A DNA stretch of 64,000 nt from Candidatus Peregrinibacteria bacterium (lineage in GTDB: Bacteria; Patescibacteriota; Gracilibacteria; UBA1369): the NCBI GenBank assembly GCA_963708185.1, contig OY970195.1:960001-1024000 (forward strand), read 5' to 3'. Position 1 is the first letter of the stretch. Each line of letters starts with the position of its first letter. The translations under genes and the position numbers were made by a program. Shown here one piece after another: positions 30,269-38,781 of the stretch. The notes beneath the pieces are model-generated. The model had not been told where the DNA came from. It saw nothing but the letters and a program-made list of their open reading frames with translations, and searched no databases.

Positions 30269-30835
30269 ATGTTTATGGCCGATCTTGGCAACCACAATGA
30301 GTTCATTCATGACGCTGCTCTCGAGCAGGCGGATTTCCGTGTGCCTGAAGCAACGCTTCATCCCGACAAAAAAATCGTCGGAAAACTGAGGAATTCGGTT
30401 GCCCGCGCGTTACTGGTCGCTGCACCGATGATCGCATCGTGCGGCGGGCAGGTTGATACCGTGGACTCTTTCCAGGGTGTCGGTGGAGCGCAGGCCGGCC
30501 AGACGACTGAAAATATGAATTTGCGTGACCATGAAGTGGTCGTTGACTGCAACCAGGGCGGTACATGGAGATTTCAGGGCAACTATCCCGAAGATTTCAG
30601 CGTGGTGGTCAGCGTTGACGGCAAAGAGATTGCCACCAAAGAGGTTGTTGTTGACCATTCGATTGATCCTTCAACCCTCAAGCAATTTTCCGTGGAAGGC
30701 CCGGTAGGAAACGTGCAGGCAAAAAACGTTCAGGTCCAGACTTTTGACCTCGACGGCAACGTCATTCCCATTGAAAGTGACCCCCAGACGAAAGGCATGT
30801 ACGGCAATCCTGATTGCCCCGTGGGTTTGGAGTAA
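30269..30835 (+). CDS. Putative lipoprotein with extended N-terminal leader
   Basis: LRNSVARALLVAAPMIAS-CGG lipobox after a leader of about 38 aa; start may be 30275. Confidence 0.6.
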   Translation: MFMADLGNHNEFIHDAALEQADFRVPEATLHPDKKIVGKLRNSVARALLVAAPMIASCGGQVDTVDSFQGVGGAQAGQTTENMNLRDHEVVVDCNQGGTWRFQGNYPEDFSVVVSVDGKEIATKEVVVDHSIDPSTLKQFSVEGPVGNVQAKNVQVQTFDLDGNVIPIESDPQTKGMYGNPDCPVGLE

Positions 30836-30836
30836 T

Positions 30837-32948
30837 TTATTTGGAAGTTTTTCTTGTGACACCGTTCCAGTCCGCTGGAGGCGGAAAATTTGAGTATATC
30901 TCGGAACGTTCAACATAAAGCTTTGTTGGTCCGTCGTCCGGATAAGCCTTGAGGATTTCTGTGAATTTTCCGTGGGCCTCTTTGAATTTTCGTGAGTGGA
31001 ACAGAACCATGGCTTCATTATATTGCTGGAGGAGTTTCACGGCGTCCGCTGGCAATTCTCCTTTTGGAGCCAGCAGTTCGAACACCTTGATCGGTTCGGT
31101 TTTCCCAACAACGAGGATGGTGTCAAGTTCGCGGGTCTCAAACTGGTCTTTAATGATGCCATACGTACTCTGACTCATCATAATGTGCGTTTCGTACTCC
31201 TTGTTCTGGCTTTCCAGGCGCGCACCAAGATTCACCACGTCGCCGAGGGCCGTGTAGTCAAAACGTTCGGTCGATCCCATGTTCCCCACAATGGCTTCGC
31301 CCGAACTCAATCCGCAGCGGAAGTCAATTTCGGGCTTTGGTTCTCCGCCGGGAAGCGGCGGATCTTTTTTCCACTTTTCAAGAAGTTCGTTGAGCTTGAG
31401 GCGCATTTTGAGCGCCGCGCGAGCGGCGCGGACGGCATGATCCTGTTGCGACACCGGTGCGCCGAACAACGCCATGATTCCATCCCCTTCAAACTTGTCC
31501 ACCGTCCCGCCTTCTTCCATGATGACCCGGGACATGGCTTCGAAATACTCGCTGAGGAGGGCCACCACGCTCTGCGGTTTTAATTTTTCTTCGATAGTGG
31601 TGGAATGGGCGATGTCCGTGAACATCACGGTGATGTTGCGGCTTTCCCCGCCGAGTTTGAGGCTTTCCGGGTGCTCGGAAATCTGTTTCACCAGCGCCGG
31701 ATTCACGTACTTGCCGAAAGCTTTTTGCAGCTCGAGTTTTTCACGGAATTCCGTGACGTAGCGGTAGAGGTACACGGCGATAAAGGTCACGGCGACGACA
31801 AGGTAGGGATGCACGAGGTCGGGAATGATTCCGATGTTAAAAAGCGGTTTTGCTGTGAACGAATAGGCGACCGGCACCCCAAAAAGGTAGAGCAGCGACC
31901 AGCGGATTTTGGTGAACATGAAGGTGAAGGCCGCGGTAAAGGCCAGGATCAGGATGAGCAAAGCCTGTTCCGGAAAGCTGAAATTGCGGAGAAATTTTTG
32001 TTCGAGAATAGTCTGGAGCGCGTTGGCGTGGATTTCGATGCCGGTCATCTGATCTTTTTTGCTCATCGGAGTGAGCTGGAAATCCTTGAAATATGATGAA
32101 GTGGGACCTATGAGAACGATCTTGTCTTTGAAGAGTTTTTCGGGATCCGTTGAAGAGTAATTTTCATTATAAACGTCGACGAAAGGAATCGACGCGTAAG
32201 ATTCCGTTCCCGGTTGCGTGGCATAGTTCACGTACATTTGTCCTTCCTGAAGCGGAATATTCACCGTGTTTCCGTTTTGTAGTTTGATCTGGTATTGGGT
32301 CGGAGACACCAAAGGAGTTGAAGGCTTATTTTGGGCGTTGAGTGCAATTCTGGCTATCGTTAAAGCAAAGCTTTCATAATAGGTTCCGTCGGGATTTACA
32401 AGAATCGGCAAAATTTTCCTGATGGCGTTATCCGCATCAGGGATAACCTTAGCCATACTGATTTTGATGTTTTCAAGTTGATTGAAAAGATCGAGTGGCA
32501 GTTCAAACGGAAAAATATTCGGATCCTGGATGTAGTACCCTCTTTGGTCGTAGCTGGTGGATGATCCCCAGTAAATAATGACTGGATTTTTGGTATTCTG
32601 GAGGGCTTCTTTGAACTGTTCATCTTTTTGTTGATCTTTGGCTGACTTGAAAAAGAAGTCGAACGCCACGACTTTCGGATTATATTTATCAATATTGTTG
32701 AGTACCTTAGCAAAATTATCGCGCTGCCAGTTCTCGTAGGAACCGAGGCCTGTGCTGTCGCTTAATGATTTATCGTCGATGGTCACAACTGTTATATCGC
32801 TGCTCGGAGACCTTTGGCTATACAGCAAGTCTCCCAACCGCAACTGCCATGCAGCGAGCACATTAGTATATGCGAGAATTAACGTTACGATTGCCGCAGT
32901 GGTTCCAAAAATGAGGGCAAACGCCTTTTTATTTTTGAGAAATTTCAT
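30837..32948 (-). CDS. CHASE2-domain class III adenylate/guanylate cyclase with C-terminal TPR-like tail
   Basis: ITVVTIDDKSL, VVAFDFFF, DADNAIR, FKDKIVLIG, MTGIEIHAN (CHASE2), 3 TMs, TVMFTDI, DKFEGDGIMALFGAP, GNMGS..RFDYTALGDVVNLGARLE, VVGK, PPADWNG. Confidence 0.95.
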   Translation of the reverse strand: MKFLKNKKAFALIFGTTAAIVTLILAYTNVLAAWQLRLGDLLYSQRSPSSDITVVTIDDKSLSDSTGLGSYENWQRDNFAKVLNNIDKYNPKVVAFDFFFKSAKDQQKDEQFKEALQNTKNPVIIYWGSSTSYDQRGYYIQDPNIFPFELPLDLFNQLENIKISMAKVIPDADNAIRKILPILVNPDGTYYESFALTIARIALNAQNKPSTPLVSPTQYQIKLQNGNTVNIPLQEGQMYVNYATQPGTESYASIPFVDVYNENYSSTDPEKLFKDKIVLIGPTSSYFKDFQLTPMSKKDQMTGIEIHANALQTILEQKFLRNFSFPEQALLILILAFTAAFTFMFTKIRWSLLYLFGVPVAYSFTAKPLFNIGIIPDLVHPYLVVAVTFIAVYLYRYVTEFREKLELQKAFGKYVNPALVKQISEHPESLKLGGESRNITVMFTDIAHSTTIEEKLKPQSVVALLSEYFEAMSRVIMEEGGTVDKFEGDGIMALFGAPVSQQDHAVRAARAALKMRLKLNELLEKWKKDPPLPGGEPKPEIDFRCGLSSGEAIVGNMGSTERFDYTALGDVVNLGARLESQNKEYETHIMMSQSTYGIIKDQFETRELDTILVVGKTEPIKVFELLAPKGELPADAVKLLQQYNEAMVLFHSRKFKEAHGKFTEILKAYPDDGPTKLYVERSEIYSNFPPPADWNGVTRKTSK

Positions 32949-33011
32949 ACAACGCAAAAAGTGCTTTTATCCGTTTATTATAGCACTTTTCAGGGTTTTC
33001 TTCCAGTTCTT

Positions 33012-34757
33012 TTAAGCCTTTTTTCTGCTTTTTCGGCGGGTAATCACCGCACCAAGTCCGGCCGCCATTAACAGCAGAGCCATATTGTTTGCCGTATGAT
33101 CCTGGACTTCCGTACAGGAACAGCCCGGGTCCTGCACTGGCGGAACGGTTTTGAATTTCTTGGGATCGTCAGCGACTTCTCCGGTGCTCAATTCACGATA
33201 CATCGTTACACCAGCTGGAATAAGCCCTTTTTCACTTGAACCGGGAGCTGTGAAATCTACCGGATTGCAGTTATTCACTGTGGCATTTGTTGGTGTACAG
33301 TTTTGATCATAGGCGCGTTGTGCGCCTTCAACGGTTGTATAAGCAACAATGTCGAACTGTCCTTTCGCTTTGTTGGGGTTAAGAGAATCTGGGTAGGTAA
33401 CTGTTGTGTGTGTTCCTTCAAAGCCAAGGGTTATACCACTTTCATTACTGATAATTTTATCGGCTTCTGTTGGCGGTTCACTGTCTTCATGGGCCAGGCC
33501 GATTGAGACCTCAGACATATTTGGCTCAGAAAAATTGAAACTGCCCTGACCCTCGGTAAAGTTGAAGGTTTTATTGCCGATCTGGACGGTTGCCGGTCCT
33601 TGCACCTGGGCATTGAGCTGGGTATCCGAACAGTCTTTGATCGTGATGTTTTCCGGATTATTGGTTACTTGGGCAAAGCAACCCGGAGCGCCACCGTCAC
33701 CGCCGGCGCCACCGTCAGAGCCACCACCTCCGTCGGTTCCCGCGTCTCCACCTGCGCCATCCGTTCCTGCATCGGTAGTGCCTGTTTTCATCGTCGCCCA
33801 TTTGATTGTGCCGTTGTCTCCATACCACAGGTCTCCGGAGCTATCTTTGAATAATGTTCCCTGGGTGTTCGCGTCATTCACTGTGGCGCTTCCTGAAATT
33901 GCATTCAGGTTCGTCACTCCGCCTGAACAGTTTGTTCCGTTCCAGCCTCCGTTATAGACCATTAAATCCAGACTCCCCAATGTTCCTGTTCGGTCTGAAC
34001 CTACATAAAAATCGTTCGTGTCTACGAAAATTCCATAGGTATCTTTCGTCAAATCGCTGCAGCTTGTTAATTCGCTCCATGTCCATGTCCCGATCACCGC
34101 TGTGTGGATTCTCTTATTGCTGCTTGAGATATCCGAACTTGCATAAATGTTCGTTCCTCCACTGTCGCATGCCACATTGTTCACGTTCGCTCCATCGTCA
34201 TTTAATGTCCCGGGCACTGCTGCTAAACCGCTCACCACTCCACCTGACCATGTTCCTTCGTACAACTTACTGGAGAGACCATCTCTTTCAGATACTACAT
34301 AGGCTTTCCCTCCACACACTTTGAAATCAAATTCATTAAAACCTGAATTTGCTCCAGATACCGGGGTCAACGTTGGGCTGTTCCATGTCGCCCCTCCGTC
34401 CGATGAACCTATTTTTTTTATGTCCCCACTTTCAACTATGTACAACGTGATATTTGGTCCAGATCTTTCTACATAGGCTATGTTTGCATTTACACCCAAA
34501 CTCGGTACCGTCGGGGAATTCCACCCGCTCGCTAACGCTTCACTCGTTTGTCCAAGACGTTCCTGTCCGTTGCCCGACTCGCAACCCTGGAGGGCTGGAG
34601 GCAATAATGCCCCAAACGTCACTCCTCCGGCCAACAATAAAGCATTGCGGATGGCTTTGCGTCCTGCAAACGGTTGTAAAATATTTTGACGATCAGATTT
34701 TTGGGTACGGGATACTTCTTTGTTCTCCGGGCTCCCGCTGAGTCGGTCTTTTGCCAT
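33012..34757 (-). CDS. Tandem paralog 3: lipoprotein with PD40/TolB-like beta-propeller, DAG/DGG linker, FecR-like domain and MYXO-CTERM-like tail
   Basis: ALQG-C lipobox, ERLGQTSEAL, SDRTGTLGSLDL, tail PGCSCTEV...ALLLMAAGLGAVITRRKSRKK; likely start MAKDRL after TTTCCCCTT. Confidence 0.75.
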   Translation of the reverse strand: MAKDRLSGSPENKEVSRTQKSDRQNILQPFAGRKAIRNALLLAGGVTFGALLPPALQGCESGNGQERLGQTSEALASGWNSPTVPSLGVNANIAYVERSGPNITLYIVESGDIKKIGSSDGGATWNSPTLTPVSGANSGFNEFDFKVCGGKAYVVSERDGLSSKLYEGTWSGGVVSGLAAVPGTLNDDGANVNNVACDSGGTNIYASSDISSSNKRIHTAVIGTWTWSELTSCSDLTKDTYGIFVDTNDFYVGSDRTGTLGSLDLMVYNGGWNGTNCSGGVTNLNAISGSATVNDANTQGTLFKDSSGDLWYGDNGTIKWATMKTGTTDAGTDGAGGDAGTDGGGGSDGGAGGDGGAPGCFAQVTNNPENITIKDCSDTQLNAQVQGPATVQIGNKTFNFTEGQGSFNFSEPNMSEVSIGLAHEDSEPPTEADKIISNESGITLGFEGTHTTVTYPDSLNPNKAKGQFDIVAYTTVEGAQRAYDQNCTPTNATVNNCNPVDFTAPGSSEKGLIPAGVTMYRELSTGEVADDPKKFKTVPPVQDPGCSCTEVQDHTANNMALLLMAAGLGAVITRRKSRKKA

Positions 34758-36987
34758 AAGGGGAAAGGTAAAAGAAGTGGTGTCCATCTTGTTTAATCCT
34801 TTTTGCGGCGGCGCATTACAGACGCAAGGCCGAGCGCCAAGAGGATGAAACTCAAATTGTTGCGGGTTGAACCAACGTGATCGGAAACCGAGCATCCTCC
34901 GCCGTTATCCGTGTTACTTTGGACGGGGGGAAGGGTGTTGAATTTGCTTGGATCATCGGCAAGTTTGCCGGTGGCAAGTTCACGGTACATCGTGGTTCCG
35001 GCAGGAATCTCGCCTTTTTCAGATGAACTCTGAGCCGTGAAATCTACGGGAGTACAGTTCGCCACTGAGTTATTCTCCGGTTTGCAGGTGTTGTCATAGG
35101 CCCGCTGTGCGCCTTCAACGGTGGTATAGGCTACCACTGCAAAGTTTCCGCTGGCTTTGTCGGGATTGAGGTTGTCGGGATAGGTGACCGATGTTTTCGT
35201 CCCTTCGTACCCTAGCCATAGACCGTGCTGGTTATCGATAATTTTATCCGATTCAGAGGTAGGTTCACTCCCTTCGTAGGCGACTCCTGTTGAAAACTGA
35301 ACAAAGTTTGGTTCAGCGAAACCAAATGTTCCGCTTCCTTCGGTGACTTTGAAAACCTTATTGCCAATGGCAATGGTCGTTGGAGCGCTCACATGTGCAC
35401 TGACCGTTGTTGCGTTGCAGCTATCAATATTGAAATTTTCAGGATGATCAGTCGCTTTGGCAAAACAGTCGACGGGTTTTCCGGCGTCCATGCCGCCCGT
35501 GCCGGCATCTGAGCCACCCATTCCTGCGTCACTGCCTCCCATGCCTGCATCGCTTCCGCCTGCTCCCGCATCTGTTCCACCTTGGCCTCCAGCGTCTGAA
35601 CCGCCGATACCTCCATCTGCGCCGCCTGTTCCGCTATCGGTACCGCCATCAGGCATACCTGTTTTCATCGTTGCCCATTTGATCGTGCCGTTGTCTCCAT
35701 ACCACAGGTCTCCGGAGCTATCTTTGAATAATGTTCCCTGGGTGTTCGCGTCATTCACTGTGGCGCTTCCTGAAATTGCATTCAGGTTCGTCACTCCGCC
35801 TGAACAGTTTGTTCCGTTCCAGCCTCCGTTATAGACCATTAAATCCAGACTCCCCAATGTTCCTGTTCGGTCTGAACCTACATAAAAATCGTTCGTGTCT
35901 ACGAAAATTCCATAGGTATCTTTCGTCAAATCGCTGCAGCTTGTTAATTCGCTCCATGTCCATGTTCCAATATCAGCTGTGCGAATTCGATAGTTCGAAG
36001 TTACAGCATTTGACGTTGCGTACATTTTTGTTCCACTGCTGTCGCATGCGATATTATTCACATTCGAAAAATCATCATTCAATGCTCCAGGAACTGCAGC
36101 CAATCCACTCACAACTCCCCCTGACCATGTCCCTTCATAGAGCTTAAATGATAATCCGTCTTTTGCTGAAACAACGTATGCTTTCCCTCCGCACACTTTA
36201 AAATCTTCTTCATCTTGAACTGAATTGGCACCTGTTACTGGTGTCGGTGATGGGCTATTCCAATTTATTCCGTCCGTTGTTCCTACTTTCTTGATGTCAT
36301 AATTCCCTCCGGAATCGTTCACCACATAGAGCGTGATGTTTGATCCTGCTCTCTCCACATAGGCTATATTCGTATTCCCTGAAAGTCCCAAACTTGGCGT
36401 CGCCGGGGAATTCCACCCGCTCGCTAACGCTTCACTCGTTTGTCCAAGACGTTCCCACCCTTGCCCCGGTTCGCAACCCTGGAGGGCTGGAGGCAATAAT
36501 GCCCCAAACGTCACTCCTCCGGCCAACAATAAAGCATTGCGGATGGCTTTGCGTCCTGCAAACGGTTGTAAAATATTTTGACGATCAGATTTTTGGGTAC
36601 GGGATACTTCTTTGTTCTCCGGGCTCCCGCTGAGTCGGTCTTTTGCCATAAGGGGAAAGGTAAAAGAAGTGGTGTCCATCTTGTTTAATCCTTTTTGCGG
36701 CGGCGCATTACAGACGCAAGGCCGAGCGCCAAGAGGATGAAACTCAAATTGTTGCGGGTTGAACCAACGTGATCGGAAACCGAGCATCCTCCGCCGTTAT
36801 CCGTGTTACTTTGGACGGGGGGAAGGGTGTTGAATTTGCTTGGATCATCGGCAAGTTTGCCGGTGGCAAGTTCACGGTACATCGTGGTTCCGGCAGGAAT
36901 CTCGCCTTTTTCAGATGAACTCTGAGCCGTGAAATCTACGGGAGTACAGTTCGCCACTGAGTTATTCTCCGGTTTGCAGGTGTTGTC
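34579..36987. repeat. Direct repeat of about 517 bp: 34579-35095 = 36471-36987 (offset 1892)
   Basis: Matching ends and identical translations; spans the 3' end of one paralog, the intergenic gap and the leader of the next. Confidence 0.85.
34793..36649 (-). CDS. Tandem paralog 2 (same architecture)
   Basis: Leader identical to paralog 3; variant propeller N-half; GGSDAG repeats; tail GGGCSVS...FILLALGLASVMRRRKKD. Confidence 0.75.
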   Translation of the reverse strand: MAKDRLSGSPENKEVSRTQKSDRQNILQPFAGRKAIRNALLLAGGVTFGALLPPALQGCEPGQGWERLGQTSEALASGWNSPATPSLGLSGNTNIAYVERAGSNITLYVVNDSGGNYDIKKVGTTDGINWNSPSPTPVTGANSVQDEEDFKVCGGKAYVVSAKDGLSFKLYEGTWSGGVVSGLAAVPGALNDDFSNVNNIACDSSGTKMYATSNAVTSNYRIRTADIGTWTWSELTSCSDLTKDTYGIFVDTNDFYVGSDRTGTLGSLDLMVYNGGWNGTNCSGGVTNLNAISGSATVNDANTQGTLFKDSSGDLWYGDNGTIKWATMKTGMPDGGTDSGTGGADGGIGGSDAGGQGGTDAGAGGSDAGMGGSDAGMGGSDAGTGGMDAGKPVDCFAKATDHPENFNIDSCNATTVSAHVSAPTTIAIGNKVFKVTEGSGTFGFAEPNFVQFSTGVAYEGSEPTSESDKIIDNQHGLWLGYEGTKTSVTYPDNLNPDKASGNFAVVAYTTVEGAQRAYDNTCKPENNSVANCTPVDFTAQSSSEKGEIPAGTTMYRELATGKLADDPSKFNTLPPVQSNTDNGGGCSVSDHVGSTRNNLSFILLALGLASVMRRRKKD

Positions 36988-38697
36988 GTAAGCGCGTTGG
37001 GATCCTTCAACCGTGGTGTAGGCGACAACCGCAAAGTTGCCGCTGGCTTTGTCGGGATTGAGGGTGTCCGGATAGGTGACGGTTGTTTTGGTACCTTCAA
37101 AACCAAGTGTAATGCCATGTTCGTTACTGATAATTTTATCGGCTTCAGTTGGCGGTTCACTCGCTTGATAGGCAACGCCTGTTGAAAACTGCATCAGGTT
37201 TGGTTCAGCGAAACCAAATGTTCCGCTTCCTTCGGTGACGGTGAAAACCTTATTGCCAACAGCAATGGTTGTTGGAGCGGAAACATGGGCCGTCACGGTC
37301 ATTGCATCGCAGCTGTCTACCTGGAAATTTTCAGGATGATCAGTCGCTTTGGCAAAACAGTCGACGGGTTTTCCGGCGTCCATGCCGCCCGTGCCGGCAT
37401 CTGAGCCACCCATTCCTGCGTCACTGCCTCCCATGCCTGCATCGCTTCCGCCTGCTCCCGCATCTGTTCCACCCATTCCGGCGTCACTGCCTCCCATACC
37501 TGCATCGCTTCCGCCTGCTCCCGCATCTGTTCCACCTTGGCCTCCAGCGTCTGATCCACCGAGACCTCCATCCATTCCTCCCTGTCCTCCTGCATCTGAG
37601 CCGCCGAGTCCTCCGTCAGAGCCACCTTGGCCGCCAGCGTCCGAACCGCCGATACCTCCATCTGCGCCGCCTGTTCCGCTATCGGTACCGCCATCAGGCA
37701 TACCTGTTTTCATCGTTGCCCATTTGATCGTGCCGTTGTCTCCATACCACAGGTCTCCGGAGCTATCTTTGAATAATGTTCCCTGGGTGTTCGCGTCATT
37801 CACTGTGGCGCTTCCTGAAATTGCATTCAGGTTCGTCACTCCGCCTGAACAGTTTGTTCCGTTCCAGCCTCCGTTATAGACCATTAAATCCAGACTCCCC
37901 AATGTTCCTGTTCGGTCTGAACCTACATAAAAATCGTTCGTGTCTACGAAAATTCCATAGGTATCTTTCGTCAAATCGCTGCAGCTTGTTAATTCGCTCC
38001 ATGTCCATGTCCCGATCACCGCTGTGTGGATTCTCTTATTGCTGCTTGAGATATCCGAACTTGCATAAATGTTCGTTCCTCCACTGTCGCATGCCACATT
38101 GTTCACGTTCGCTCCATCGTCATTTAATGTCCCGGGCACTGCTGCTAAACCGCTCACCACTCCACCTGACCATGTTCCTTCGTACAACTTACTGGAGAGA
38201 CCATCTCTTTCAGATACTACATAGGCTTTCCCTCCACACACTTTGAAATCAAATTCATTAAAACCTGAATTTGCTCCAGATACCGGGGTCAACGTTGGGC
38301 TGTTCCATGTCGCCCCTCCGTCCGATGAACCTATTTTTTTTATGTCCCCACTTTCAACTATGTACAACGTGATATTTGGTCCAGATCTTTCTACATAGGC
38401 TATGTTTGCATTTACACCCAAACTCGGTACCGTCGGGGAATTCCACCCGCTCGCTAACGCTTCACTCGTTTGCCCAAGACGTTCCTGTCCGTTGCCACTT
38501 TCCGAACTACACCCTTGCAGCATGGCCAGTGTTCCCGTGGAACCGCTGAACAAGCCTAAACCTCCTGCTAAAAGTAAAGCATTTCTTATTCTGCCGCTGG
38601 TCGCTGTTTTGCCTTTTTCCAGAGCTTTTTGGGCTCGTACTGAACTTGAAGAAACTTCTTTGTTTTCTGATCCACCTTGAGGTCGATTAATCGCCAT
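36685..38697 (-). CDS. Tandem paralog 1 (same architecture, longest linker)
   Basis: MLQG-C lipobox; propeller identical to paralog 3; tail identical to paralog 2. Confidence 0.75.
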   Translation of the reverse strand: MAINRPQGGSENKEVSSSSVRAQKALEKGKTATSGRIRNALLLAGGLGLFSGSTGTLAMLQGCSSESGNGQERLGQTSEALASGWNSPTVPSLGVNANIAYVERSGPNITLYIVESGDIKKIGSSDGGATWNSPTLTPVSGANSGFNEFDFKVCGGKAYVVSERDGLSSKLYEGTWSGGVVSGLAAVPGTLNDDGANVNNVACDSGGTNIYASSDISSSNKRIHTAVIGTWTWSELTSCSDLTKDTYGIFVDTNDFYVGSDRTGTLGSLDLMVYNGGWNGTNCSGGVTNLNAISGSATVNDANTQGTLFKDSSGDLWYGDNGTIKWATMKTGMPDGGTDSGTGGADGGIGGSDAGGQGGSDGGLGGSDAGGQGGMDGGLGGSDAGGQGGTDAGAGGSDAGMGGSDAGMGGTDAGAGGSDAGMGGSDAGMGGSDAGTGGMDAGKPVDCFAKATDHPENFQVDSCDAMTVTAHVSAPTTIAVGNKVFTVTEGSGTFGFAEPNLMQFSTGVAYQASEPPTEADKIISNEHGITLGFEGTKTTVTYPDTLNPDKASGNFAVVAYTTVEGSQRAYDNTCKPENNSVANCTPVDFTAQSSSEKGEIPAGTTMYRELATGKLADDPSKFNTLPPVQSNTDNGGGCSVSDHVGSTRNNLSFILLALGLASVMRRRKKD

Positions 38698-38723
38698 ACT
38701 TGATAAAATTAAAGAAGTATTGC

Positions 38724-38753
38724 ATTATATGCTTATACCTTTAATTTTGTCAA
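38724..38753 (-). promoter_or_regulatory. Consensus sigma70 promoter heading the three-paralog array
   Basis: Minus strand TTGACA-18 nt-TATAAT, 26 nt before the ATG at 38697. Confidence 0.7.
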
Positions 38754-38781
38754 GGTTTTCCGAGTGAAAAACTAATGACAG

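Larger units (their letters stand above)
33808..38496. repeat. Near-identical direct repeat of about 770 bp: 33808-34574 ~ 37730-38496 (offset 3922); about 280 bp of it also occurs at about 35685-35965
   Basis: Antisense ORFs 33854..34324 and 37776..38246 are identical; 35731..36147 shares their first ~79 residues. Confidence 0.85.

Noticed and set aside
34758-34895. MLGFRSRW... extensions of paralogs 2 and 3 (also 36650-36787)
   Set aside because: They overlap the 3' end of the upstream paralog; alignment with copy 1 favours MAKDRL as the start
33012-38697. Diversity-generating retroelement (TR/VR pair)
   Set aside because: No reverse transcriptase in the window; the differences are block-wise and not adenine-specific
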